Source: Pseudomonadota bacterium
Lineage (GTDB): Bacteria > Pseudomonadota > Gammaproteobacteria > Burkholderiales > UBA11063
Assembly: GCA_039805605.1 (NCBI GenBank)
Contig: JBDLTW010000127.1
Span: 1 to 32,482, forward strand
Direction of reading: 5' to 3'
Length of the DNA stretch: 32,482 bases
The notes below the pieces were generated by a model, which searched no databases, was not told the DNA's origin, and saw nothing but the letters and a program-made list of their open reading frames with translations. Both the position numbers and the translations under genes were made by a program. Shown in pieces: positions 7,619 through 17,074 of this stretch (position 1 is its first letter; the number at the start of each line of letters is the position of its first letter).

Positions 7619-9220
7619 TTAATTAAATTTCAACCATTTACTTTGAGTTCGATCTAAGTAATTGTTATCTAACTGATAATTTTTGACATACGGTTTAACC
7701 ATACGATCAAAAGTCAACTGAAATAATGGTAATACAATATAAGCATCTTGAACTCTTTGTAAGGCTTGAGAGTAATTTTTATATTGCTCTGCTTTATTAA
7801 CTGCCATATCACCCTGACTAATTAAGCGGTTGTATTCACTGTCACACCAATGTGTATCATTAATAGTGCTACCACACTTATATAATAATGTATATGTAGT
7901 TACATTATTGTAATCAGCAAACCAACCACCTCGAGCAATTTGATATTGTCCAGTATGGCGAGATTGTAAAAAAGTTTTCCAATCTTGTGGTTGTAACGTT
8001 ACTTGGACACCTAAGCTATCTTTCCACATAGCGGCTAAAGCTATACTAATTTTTTTATACATATCATTAGTATAAAGCATTGTAACCTTATATGGCTTAG
8101 CTACGCTATATCCAGCCTCATTATATAATTGCTTAGCCTGAGCTAAGCGTTTCTCTCGTGACCATGTTGCCCATGGATATGCTAAAGATGCATATTGACC
8201 ATTACTGACGGTTGCAGTTACTGCTGAATATAATGGTTTTTTACCATCTTGGAATAAGTTATTAACCAATGCATCACGATCGACCGCCATTGATAAAGCT
8301 TGGCGTAATTTTAAATTTTTGCCCAATTCAGGATCTTGCATATTAAAATCATAAAAAGCCATAGCTTCAAGCTGTACTGTGTGTACTTGATCTTTAAATT
8401 CAGTTTTTAATTGTTTATATTGTTCAATTGGTAATAATTCAAAGGTAGTGTCTAAATCACCTGCTTTATACGCTGCAACAGCTGAATTTGCATCAATATA
8501 AGGAAAATATTTAACTTGATTGATTGCGACATTTTGTGCATCATAATAATAAGGATTTTTACTCGCTAAAACATAACCATTAACCACATGTTGAGTTAAT
8601 TTGTATGCACCTGAAGTAACCATATTACTAGGATCAGTCCATTTTTTAGCATATTTCTGAATGTTTTTTGCTGATACTACGCCTAAATTAGGTAAAGTAA
8701 TTTTATCTAAAAAAGAACTATCGGCATTAACTAAATGCACCACAAATGTAGTTGCATTTGGAGCTTCAACGCCCAAATCCGTAATCGGTTTTTTACCATT
8801 AATAATATCTTGACCATTTACTACCCCAGATAACAACATATTATAACTAGATGCTAAATGTGGATCAACTAAGCGTCGCCATGAATAAACAAAGTCACTA
8901 GCACTAATTGGGCTACCATCAGAAAATTTTAAATTATCGCGCAAATGGAAAGTATAAGTTTTACCATCAGATGATACCTCCCATTTTTTAGCTAAACCAG
9001 GAATTAGTTGATTTTGCTGATTAAAATCAACTAAACCTGCAAATAAATCATACATAATGCGCGTTGAATTCATATCTTCAGATTTAGCTGGATCTAAAGT
9101 TGGTGGCTCAGCGCCTATATCAACACGTAATAAATTCTGCGGATGATTTTGCTCATTATTACAAGCACTTAATAAACTACTACTAATTAATAAGCCACAT
9201 AAGCCATAAACTAATTTCAT
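7619..9220 (-). CDS. oppA: Peptide ABC transporter substrate-binding lipoprotein (OppA/MppA-like, SBP family 5)
   Basis: Lipobox LSAC; EPPTLDP, PGLAKKWEVSSDGKTYTFHLR, DFVYSWRRLVDP, LRQALSMAVDR, GWFADY. Confidence 0.88.
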   Translation of the reverse strand: MKLVYGLCGLLISSSLLSACNNEQNHPQNLLRVDIGAEPPTLDPAKSEDMNSTRIMYDLFAGLVDFNQQNQLIPGLAKKWEVSSDGKTYTFHLRDNLKFSDGSPISASDFVYSWRRLVDPHLASSYNMLLSGVVNGQDIINGKKPITDLGVEAPNATTFVVHLVNADSSFLDKITLPNLGVVSAKNIQKYAKKWTDPSNMVTSGAYKLTQHVVNGYVLASKNPYYYDAQNVAINQVKYFPYIDANSAVAAYKAGDLDTTFELLPIEQYKQLKTEFKDQVHTVQLEAMAFYDFNMQDPELGKNLKLRQALSMAVDRDALVNNLFQDGKKPLYSAVTATVSNGQYASLAYPWATWSREKRLAQAKQLYNEAGYSVAKPYKVTMLYTNDMYKKISIALAAMWKDSLGVQVTLQPQDWKTFLQSRHTGQYQIARGGWFADYNNVTTYTLLYKCGSTINDTHWCDSEYNRLISQGDMAVNKAEQYKNYSQALQRVQDAYIVLPLFQLTFDRMVKPYVKNYQLDNNYLDRTQSKWLKFN

Positions 9221-9292
9221 AAATAAACCTTATAACACAATTTAATCTTCACATACTTTAAATCTTACCACACAATAAAGAACAAACGACTT

Positions 9293-9600
9293 TTAATTCA
9301 GCGCAGATTTTTGAATACTTGGATCTATATTTATTTTTCTATAGGTAAATCTTGCTTGATTTTTGATTACCACAGTAAACTCTCTTGATGAGCGAAATAT
9401 TTTTATAATACTCAAGGTAAATGAATTTTTTACCCAGCAATTATGTATTTTATTAAATACTTTAAATACTTGACTACTATTGCTCTTAATCAATAATCCT
9501 AGAATTTTTGGCAGTATTTTACTTGATTAATTTTACTTGACTAAGTCACAATACCTATATTATACTATCGTTTTCCAAAAAACACAATAACTAAACCAAC
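9293..9600 (-). mobile_element. Element D: heavily eroded IS609-like ghost
   Basis: ATACCTATATTATACTAT (9551-9568) is identical to the tnpA/tnpB intergenic sequence of element A, with similar flanks; minus strand retains LEYYK and NQARFTYRK resembling a TnpB C-terminus. Confidence 0.45.
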
Positions 9601-9623
9601 TTACTTCCACAATATAAGATAAT

Positions 9624-9659
9624 AGAGTAAAAAATCAATCAAGATGGATTTTTTACTCT
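9624..9659. repeat. 13-bp perfect inverted repeat in the divergent oppA/MFS intergenic region
   Basis: AGAGTAAAAAATC-N10-GATTTTTTACTCT. Confidence 0.8.
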
Positions 9660-9711
9660 TAAGCTCATTTACCATCCAAGCAAATATCACCAGAAAAATT
9701 AATCTCAAATA

Positions 9712-9720
9712 TGCTATAAT
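9712..9720 (+). promoter_or_regulatory. Extended -10 promoter candidate for the MFS-manA-ldt run
   Basis: TGcTATAAT 45 nt upstream of ATG 9766; GAGGT RBS. Confidence 0.45.
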
Positions 9721-9765
9721 TGAGGTTTTATAACTAGTTCACCTTAACTACCTCGAGGTATAATA

Positions 9766-11067
9766 ATGCATCATAATTCTGTTACTAAATTAACTAATCA
9801 GCGTAAATTATTTTTAGCTACTAGTATTGGTAATGTTTTTGAAATCTTTGATTTTTTTGTTTTTGTATTTTTATCTACAGTAATTGCCGATTTATTTTTC
9901 CCCCGAACAATTGGTTGGTTAGCAATTACCTTTACATATATGACAGTTACGATTAGCTATATGCTCCGACCTGTTGGCGCAATTATTTTAGGGAGCCTAG
10001 GTGATAAATATGGTAGAAAATCTATTTTTAGCCTCTCAATTTTAATGACCGCAATTCCATCTTTAATTATTGGTTTATCCCCAACTTTTCATCAAGTTGG
10101 CTATTTGGCGGTAGTTATTTTAGTTATATCACGTATTTTTCAGGGGCTATCTTCTGGGGCTGAAATGCCAGGATCAGTGACCTATATTGCCGAAACTTAT
10201 CAAGACAAAAATTATTATTTTTATAGTGCATGGATGCCTTTTGGTGCTAATATAAGTATCGCAATTGGTTCATGGGCAATTAATGCGATGTTAAGCCACA
10301 TGAGTCACGATTTTTTATATAGCTTTGGTTGGCGAATTCCATTTTTAGCAGGTAGTGGCTTAGCCGTAATTGGCTTCTATGTGCGTAAAAATTTAACCGA
10401 AAGCAGTGCATTTAACCAAATTAAAGCCACCCATCAAGTACAAAAAATTCCTATATTACAATTAATAACTTCACATCGTCGACAATTGCTCATGGGCATC
10501 ACTTTGGTTTTAATCGCATCATTAATTACCTCGGTATTTCATGTGTTTTTACCAAATTTATTAATTAAATTTCTTAATTTAGATTTAGCTATTGCTAGTA
10601 ATGTTAGCTCTGTAGGTGCACTTAGCATATCAATTATAATTATTTTGAGCTCGATTATGGCGAGTAAAATCAACCCAGTTATAATTATTAAATTTTGTTT
10701 ACTGGCTATTTTAATTACTTTAATTAGCATCTTAATTGATTGGTTGCCATTAAATAATTTACATAATTTATATATTGCAGTTATTCTCTTATCCATTTTT
10801 GTTGGTGGAATTAACGGTGTCTATTGGGGAATTTTAGTGGATTTATTTCCTGTAACAATTCGTTACAGCGGTGTAGCTAGTTGTTTTAGTATTGCTTCAT
10901 TAATAGGTGGTGGTCTTACACCACTATGGAGCAGTAGTTTATTAGCTCTTACACATAATTATCATTATATTATTATAGTTTGTCTAATTACTACTTTAAT
11001 CTGTTTAGTTAATAGTATTTATCTAGAACGCTATTTAGCTAAGCAAACGTGGTTTTTTAATCGTTAA
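9766..11067 (+). CDS. MFS metabolite:H+ symporter (MHS, ProP/CitA/ShiA-like)
   Basis: GNVFEIFDF, RPVGAIILGSLGDKYGRK, RIFQGLSSGAEMPG, GWRIPF, LFPVTIRYSG. Confidence 0.88.
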   Translation: MHHNSVTKLTNQRKLFLATSIGNVFEIFDFFVFVFLSTVIADLFFPRTIGWLAITFTYMTVTISYMLRPVGAIILGSLGDKYGRKSIFSLSILMTAIPSLIIGLSPTFHQVGYLAVVILVISRIFQGLSSGAEMPGSVTYIAETYQDKNYYFYSAWMPFGANISIAIGSWAINAMLSHMSHDFLYSFGWRIPFLAGSGLAVIGFYVRKNLTESSAFNQIKATHQVQKIPILQLITSHRRQLLMGITLVLIASLITSVFHVFLPNLLIKFLNLDLAIASNVSSVGALSISIIIILSSIMASKINPVIIIKFCLLAILITLISILIDWLPLNNLHNLYIAVILLSIFVGGINGVYWGILVDLFPVTIRYSGVASCFSIASLIGGGLTPLWSSSLLALTHNYHYIIIVCLITTLICLVNSIYLERYLAKQTWFFNR

Positions 11068-11094
11068 TCTTATACTTTAGTGGGATAAATTCAT

Positions 11095-12036
11095 ATGGAA
11101 CTTTTATTTCTTGAACCTATTTTTAAACAAAGAATTTGGGGTGGCTATAAATTAAAAACTAATTATGGTTATTCAATTCCTAGCAACCAAACTGGCGAAT
11201 GCTGGGCCATCAGCGCACACCCTAATGGTGAAACTAGAATTCGAAATGGTCAATATGCGGGGATTAAATTATCTGAATTATGGCACCAGCACCCAGAATT
11301 ATTTGCTAACACTACACCTCGACCATTTCCATTGATGGTTAAAATTCTTGATGCCAATGATAAATTGAGTGTACAAGTACACCCTAACGATCAATTTGCC
11401 CAAGAAGTTGAACATGATTTAGGTAAGGCAGAATGCTGGTATGTGCTTGATGCAACACCACAAGCTCAAATTATTTATGGACATAATGCGCAGTCATCTG
11501 ATCAATTTAAACAATTAGCCTTGGCAGGTAAATGGAGCAGTTTACTAAAAACAACGCCAATTAAAACAGGTGATTTTTTTGATGTCCCAACTGGAACTGT
11601 TCATGCCCTAGGTGCTGGTGCTTTAATTTTAGAAATCCAACAATCTTCTGATACCACCTATCGAATTTATGATTATGATCGAACTGATGATCAAGGTAAT
11701 TTACGTGAATTACACTTAGATAAAGCATTTGCTGTAGTTAATTGTCCACACCGTAATCATACTAATTCATGTGTTAGTCAAAATTTAACACCTCAAGCAC
11801 AGGTAACTAATTTAACAACTAATCAATATTTCCAAGTAACTAAATTAACTATTAATGATTACTTAGAATTAAATAATATCAAGACTAATTATTTAATCGT
11901 CAGTGTAATTGAAGGCAAAGCAATTCTCAATGGTCAAAGCATTCAAAAAGGCGATCATTTTATTATTCCAAACCAAATTCGTGAATTAAAATTTATAGGT
12001 TATGTAACCTTAATTATTTGCCACGAAACTAATTAA
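11095..12036 (+). CDS. manA: Mannose-6-phosphate isomerase, class I (short Firmicute-like cupin form)
   Basis: PIFKQRIWGG, TGECWAISAHPNG, FPLMVKILDANDKLSVQVHP, GKAECWY, GTVHA, EIQQSSDTTYRIYDY. Confidence 0.92.
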   Translation: MELLFLEPIFKQRIWGGYKLKTNYGYSIPSNQTGECWAISAHPNGETRIRNGQYAGIKLSELWHQHPELFANTTPRPFPLMVKILDANDKLSVQVHPNDQFAQEVEHDLGKAECWYVLDATPQAQIIYGHNAQSSDQFKQLALAGKWSSLLKTTPIKTGDFFDVPTGTVHALGAGALILEIQQSSDTTYRIYDYDRTDDQGNLRELHLDKAFAVVNCPHRNHTNSCVSQNLTPQAQVTNLTTNQYFQVTKLTINDYLELNNIKTNYLIVSVIEGKAILNGQSIQKGDHFIIPNQIRELKFIGYVTLIICHETN

Positions 12037-12062
12037 ATTTTTTACTCGAAGGAATTTATATT

Positions 12063-13724
12063 GTGAAATATCACAAATTACTGCGTCTAATTAGCATAAT
12101 TATTAGCTTAGCCTATAGTAATATTAGCATGGCTGATAATCTTAATTTTGAATCAGGTGTTGCTAATCGTATTTTAGCAGCAAAAATAGCCAAACAAAGA
12201 ATTAAGTGCACTAAAGATTTACGTTGCAGTTTGAATTTAACCGAACAATTTTATCAACAACGTAATTATCAAGCAGTTTGGTTAAAACATAATAATATAG
12301 TTCCTGAAGCTAATACAGTAATTAATATTCTAAATAATAGCTATCAAGATGGGCTTAATCCTCAAGATTATCATTTAATTCAATTACAACAATTACAACA
12401 AAGTCTAGCTAAGCCTGATCTTGATGCTAAACAGCACTCACAATTATTAATTGATTTTGACTTAACCCTAACTGATGCTTATTTATTATATACACGACAT
12501 TTAGCTATGGGTAAAATTAACCCATTGCAAGCATATCCGACATGGAACGTAATGCGTAATAATTTTAATCCTATAAATTTTCTTAATAATGCATTAATAC
12601 AGCAAAGTATAATTAGTAGCCTAACTAAATTAACGCCTAACTTGGCTCAATATACCAAGCTTAAACAGGAACTAGCCAAATATCAAGAATTACAACAAGA
12701 TGGAGGCTGGGAAAGTATTCCAAATGGACCAACTCTTCAACTTGGACAGACTAATCAGCGAATTAACTTATTACAGCAGCGTTTAGCTAAAACAGAAGAT
12801 TATACAATTGACGATGATAATCCAGATAATTTCACCCCTCAATTAGCTGATACAGTTAAACACTATCAGCAGTTACATGGTTTAAAAGTAACAGGAAATG
12901 TAGATAAACTAACCTTAGAATCTTTAAATCAACCCGTTGAGCAAATCATTAAACAAATTTCTATTAATCTAGATCGATTACGTTGGTTACCACAACAGTG
13001 GGAAAGTCAATACATCTTAGTTAATATTCCCAGCTATTCATTACAAATTATCAATAATGGGACAACTGAACTTACTATGCCTGTAATTGTTGGCAGTGGT
13101 GGAGATAATAAAACTTGTATCGTTAATAGTCAAGTAACTAATATTGAGCTTAATCCATACTGGGGTATTCCACGGCGAATTGCAACTCAAGAATATTTAG
13201 CCAAAATTCAAGATGATCCTGATTACTTAAGCAAACACGCCATTAAGGTTTATGACATTCGCACAAATAGCCAAGTTTCTCCTAGTAGTATAGATTGGGA
13301 TCAAGTTAAGCCAAATAGTTTTCCTTATCAACTACGTCAAGATCCAGGCGTAAAAAATGCCTTAGGTAAACTAAAATTTATTTTTCCTAACCAGTGTGGT
13401 ATATATTTACATGATACCTCAAATCGAACTTTATTTGGTAACAATAATCGTAGTTTAAGCCATGGTTGCGTTCGGGTTGGTAAGCCACACGATTTAGCAG
13501 AATATTTATTAAGTGGTATGCAAAATTGGAATAATGATAAATTGGATCAAGCAATTAATACAGGCAAACATCGCCAAATTAAGTTAAGTACACCTTTCCC
13601 AATTCATATTATTTATCAGACTATATGGGTAGATGAAAGTGGTACTCATTTTGCTAAAGATATTTACAAATTAGACAATATTGATTTCCCCATTGACTTA
13701 CCATCATCTAACCACGAAAATTAA
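12063..13724 (+). CDS. ldtD: L,D-transpeptidase, YcbB/LdtD-like (scaffold, PG-binding and YkuD domains)
   Basis: FYQQRNYQAVW, GLNPQDY, PG-binding QQLHGLKVTG, VNIPSY, LRQDPGVKNALG, IYLHDT...SHGCVRV. Confidence 0.88.
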   Translation: MKYHKLLRLISIIISLAYSNISMADNLNFESGVANRILAAKIAKQRIKCTKDLRCSLNLTEQFYQQRNYQAVWLKHNNIVPEANTVINILNNSYQDGLNPQDYHLIQLQQLQQSLAKPDLDAKQHSQLLIDFDLTLTDAYLLYTRHLAMGKINPLQAYPTWNVMRNNFNPINFLNNALIQQSIISSLTKLTPNLAQYTKLKQELAKYQELQQDGGWESIPNGPTLQLGQTNQRINLLQQRLAKTEDYTIDDDNPDNFTPQLADTVKHYQQLHGLKVTGNVDKLTLESLNQPVEQIIKQISINLDRLRWLPQQWESQYILVNIPSYSLQIINNGTTELTMPVIVGSGGDNKTCIVNSQVTNIELNPYWGIPRRIATQEYLAKIQDDPDYLSKHAIKVYDIRTNSQVSPSSIDWDQVKPNSFPYQLRQDPGVKNALGKLKFIFPNQCGIYLHDTSNRTLFGNNNRSLSHGCVRVGKPHDLAEYLLSGMQNWNNDKLDQAINTGKHRQIKLSTPFPIHIIYQTIWVDESGTHFAKDIYKLDNIDFPIDLPSSNHEN

Positions 13725-13856
13725 ATCTACTATCTATCAATGAAAAATAAACCGTCATTATTATCCAATACGCCGTAAAACCTCCCCCTTCAGGGGGAGG
13801 ATATAAGGCGCTAAACTATCGTAGCTTGTTGCGAGTAAGGCTATTTAATAACCAGC

Positions 13857-13886
13857 TTGAATTTTGTAAATCAACTATAATATAAT
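13857..13886 (+). promoter_or_regulatory. Putative sigma70 promoter of tnpB (element E)
   Basis: TTGAAT-18 nt-TATAAT, 9 nt before ATG 13896. Confidence 0.55.
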
Positions 13887-13895
13887 AACTCCATC

Positions 13896-14548
13896 ATGAA
13901 AAACAAAGTCTATAAATACAGAATATATCCTACAGCGGAACAAAAACAGCTATTAGCTCAAACATTTGGATGTGTTCGTGTGGTCTGGAACAATTTACTT
14001 GATTGGCGTAATAAAGAATATTCTCTGAATGGGAATAAAATTAACTATAGCAAATCTTCTGCTCATTTAACTGAGCTTAAAAATCAAGAACAATTTAGCT
14101 GGTTGAATAATGTTAGTTCAGTAGCTTTGCAACAAACACTGCGTTCACAAGATGCTGCTTTTAGTAATTTCTTTGCTAAACGTGCTAAATATCCTAATTT
14201 CAAACGAAAATCTAGCAATCAATCATTTAAATTAATGAGTACTGCTTACCACTTAAAAGATGGTCAATTGTATATTGCTAAATCAACTGAGCCTATTAAT
14301 ATTAGATGGTCACGTCCATTAGAGGGTAAACATTCAAGCATAACAATTGCTAAAGATTGTGCTGATAGATATTTTGTATCCTTTTGTTCCTAGGTTGAGA
14401 TTAAATCATTACCCAAAGTTGATAAAACAGTGGGTATTGATTTAGGTTTAACGGATTTTTTAGTTACTTCAGATGGTGAGAAAGTAAAACCTTTAAAGGC
14501 ATTAATTAAGTACCAGAAGAAATTAGCTAGAGCACAAAAACGATTAAG
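13896..14548 (+). pseudogene. tnpB: Truncated tnpB: 165-aa N-terminal ORF, TAG at 14391-14393, in-frame remnant through GIDLG
   Basis: Near-identical to the copy C N-terminus; TAG where C has GAG; continues VEIKSLPKVDKTVGIDLGLTDFLVTSDG...KRLS. Confidence 0.92.
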
Positions 14549-14703
14549 TGCTAAATGGAATAATTATCTATATATTTTAAATTAACAATGCCATGGGCTT
14601 AACTCATCTCAACATAACAATCTATCTCACGTTAGTAATTTATTATTTTAAATTAACTAAATTCTAAAAGCTAAAATACAACTTATTGTTAACGGTCATT
14701 TTA

Positions 14704-14712
14704 TGATATAAT
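14704..14712 (+). promoter_or_regulatory. Extended -10 promoter candidate for pyrH
   Basis: TGaTATAAT 32 nt upstream of ATG 14745. Confidence 0.45.
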
Positions 14713-14744
14713 TATTACTAATTTTAATTTTAAAGGGTCGTTCC

Positions 14745-15473
14745 ATGCTTAAATATTCACGGATTTTATTAAAATTATCAGGTGAAGCCTTAATGGGTGA
14801 AGGACAAAACTCAGTAAATCCAGAGACAGTCAAATTTATTATTCAGCAAATTCAGCAAGTATTATCTTTAGGAGTTAAAGTTGGCATTGTAATTGGTGGT
14901 GGCAATTTTTTCCGCGGAGTAGCAGGAAGTGACAAACTTGGTATTCAACGTGAAAATGCGGATATGATGGGTATGTTAGCCACTGCAATGAATGGGATTT
15001 TACTGCGTGATTCATTTAAGGCACACGCAATTAAAGCAAAGATTTTTTCAGCTTTTCCAATTGGTAGTTTTATTAAAGCTTATAATCGTGAAAGTATGTT
15101 AAAGGCTTTAGATAAAAATGAGGTAGTAATTTTTGTCGGTGGCGTTGGTAGTCCATTTTTTACTACGGATAGTGGTGCAGCTTTACGAGGCTTACAAATG
15201 GAAGCTGATTTATTAATTAAAGCTACCAAGGTTGATGGGATTTATAATAAAGATCCTAAAAAATATACTGATGCAATTCGTTATAGCCAATTATCTTTTG
15301 ATGATGCAATTAATCAAAATTTAGGGGTAATGGATATGGCTGCTTTTGCATTATGTCGAGAAAATAATTTAGATATTAATGTTTGTAGTATTTTTAAACC
15401 AGATAGTTTATTACAAGTAGTTATGGGTTCACATGAAGGAACTTTAGTTAGCTGTAAACTTAATTCTAATTAG
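14745..15473 (+). CDS. pyrH: UMP kinase
   Basis: RILLKLSGEALMG, GGGNFFRG, DMMGMLAT, PFFTTDSGAALR, KATKVDGIY. Confidence 0.97.
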   Translation: MLKYSRILLKLSGEALMGEGQNSVNPETVKFIIQQIQQVLSLGVKVGIVIGGGNFFRGVAGSDKLGIQRENADMMGMLATAMNGILLRDSFKAHAIKAKIFSAFPIGSFIKAYNRESMLKALDKNEVVIFVGGVGSPFFTTDSGAALRGLQMEADLLIKATKVDGIYNKDPKKYTDAIRYSQLSFDDAINQNLGVMDMAAFALCRENNLDINVCSIFKPDSLLQVVMGSHEGTLVSCKLNSN

Positions 15474-15485
15474 TAAGGATAAAAG

Positions 15486-17051
15486 ATGAATATACATAAT
15501 GATAAAATTTTAATTTTAGATTTTGGTTCCCAAGTTACCCAGTTAATTGCGCGAAGAATACGTGAATTAAATGTTTATTGTGAAATACATTCTTATGAGG
15601 TTAGTGAGGAATTTATTCGCGAGTTTTCTCCTAAAGGAATTATTTTATCTGGTGGTCCTAATTCAGTTTATGCGGATAATACACCTCTTGCTCCTGAAGT
15701 AATTTTTAGTTTAAATATACCTATTTTAGGTATTTGTTATGGTATGCAAACTATTGCTCAACAATTAGGCGGTAAAGTTGAAAGCTCAGGAAAACGTGAA
15801 TTTGGTTATGCAGAAATTAATCAATATACCAGTCGCTTATTTGCGGATTTGAGTGATGGAACTAATAGCTTGGGTGATTATTTGCAAGTTTGGATGAGTC
15901 ATGGTGATAAAGTTACACAAATGCCAGAAAATTTTACGGTAATTGCCCAAACAGAAAGTTGTCCAATTGCGGCTATGGCAGATATTCAACGTAAAATTTA
16001 TGCAGTCCAATTTCATCCTGAAGTTACCCATACCAAGCAGGGAAGTGCCATATTAGCTCGTTTTGTACGGGAGATTTGCCAATGTCAGCCAAGTTGGACT
16101 ATGCCGAATTATGCTGAAGAAGCAATAAATAAAATTCGTCAACAAGTTGGTTCAGATACAGTAATTTTAGCTTTATCTGGTGGGGTTGATAGTAGTGTTG
16201 CTGGTGTATTAATTCATCAAGCAATTGGTAGACAATTACAATGTATTTTTGTTGACACTGGTTTATTACGTTATAATGAAGCAGAACAAGTTATGCAAAA
16301 TTATAATCAGCATTTAAATTTAAATATTGTTAAAATTGATGCTAAACAAGAGTTTTATAGTGCACTTGCAGGGGTTAGTGATCCTGAACAAAAACGTAAG
16401 ATAATTGGTAAATTATTTGTTGATATTTTTCAACGCGAAGCAGCTAAGTTTACTAATGCTAAATGGTTAGCTCAAGGAACTATTTATCCAGATGTAATAG
16501 AATCAGCAGGAAGCAAAACTAATACGGCACATAATATAAAGTCACATCATAATGTTGGTGGCTTACCTGAAAGTTTACATCTAAAATTATTAGAGCCATT
16601 GCGTGAATTATTCAAAGATGAAGTTCGTCAACTCGGAGTATCTTTAGGCATTGAACCTAAATTAATTTATCGGCATCCTTTTCCTGGTCCTGGTTTAGGA
16701 GTGCGTATTATGGGAGAAATTAAACCTGAATATGTGCCATTATTGCAACAAGCTGATCATATCTTTATTGAAGAATTATATGCTCATGATTTATATAATC
16801 AAGTTGCTCAAGCATTTGTTGTATTTATGCCAGTTAAGACCGTTGGTGTAATGGGCGATGGACGTACATATGATTATGTGGTTGCATTACGAGCTGTTAA
16901 TACTAGCGATTTTATGACTGCTAACGTATCCAATTTACCTTTTGAATTTATTACTAAGGTGGCAAATCGTATTATTAATGAAGTAAAAGGTATTAATCGA
17001 GTTGTCTATGATATTTCAGGTAAACCACCAGCAACAATTGAGTGGGAATAA
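15486..17051 (+). CDS. guaA: GMP synthase (glutamine-hydrolysing)
   Basis: [53 protein letters not shown]. Confidence 0.98.
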   Translation: MNIHNDKILILDFGSQVTQLIARRIRELNVYCEIHSYEVSEEFIREFSPKGIILSGGPNSVYADNTPLAPEVIFSLNIPILGICYGMQTIAQQLGGKVESSGKREFGYAEINQYTSRLFADLSDGTNSLGDYLQVWMSHGDKVTQMPENFTVIAQTESCPIAAMADIQRKIYAVQFHPEVTHTKQGSAILARFVREICQCQPSWTMPNYAEEAINKIRQQVGSDTVILALSGGVDSSVAGVLIHQAIGRQLQCIFVDTGLLRYNEAEQVMQNYNQHLNLNIVKIDAKQEFYSALAGVSDPEQKRKIIGKLFVDIFQREAAKFTNAKWLAQGTIYPDVIESAGSKTNTAHNIKSHHNVGGLPESLHLKLLEPLRELFKDEVRQLGVSLGIEPKLIYRHPFPGPGLGVRIMGEIKPEYVPLLQQADHIFIEELYAHDLYNQVAQAFVVFMPVKTVGVMGDGRTYDYVVALRAVNTSDFMTANVSNLPFEFITKVANRIINEVKGINRVVYDISGKPPATIEWE

Positions 17052-17074
17052 TTTTTTCAAAATGGCATTTTAAG

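Larger units (their letters stand above)
13765..14548 (+). mobile_element. Element E: truncated sister copy of element C, inverted, no right end
   Basis: TTAT at 13761-13764; perfect hairpin CCTCCCCC-TTCA-GGGGGAGG (13781-13800); aligns to the reverse complement of 5243-5995; homology ends abruptly at 14548. Confidence 0.92.

Noticed and set aside
4680-9220. TldR-like RNA-guided repressor linked to oppA
   Set aside because: TnpB keeps its catalytic residues, is frameshifted and sits in an element with transposon ends; I saw no TAM-adjacent guide match near oppA
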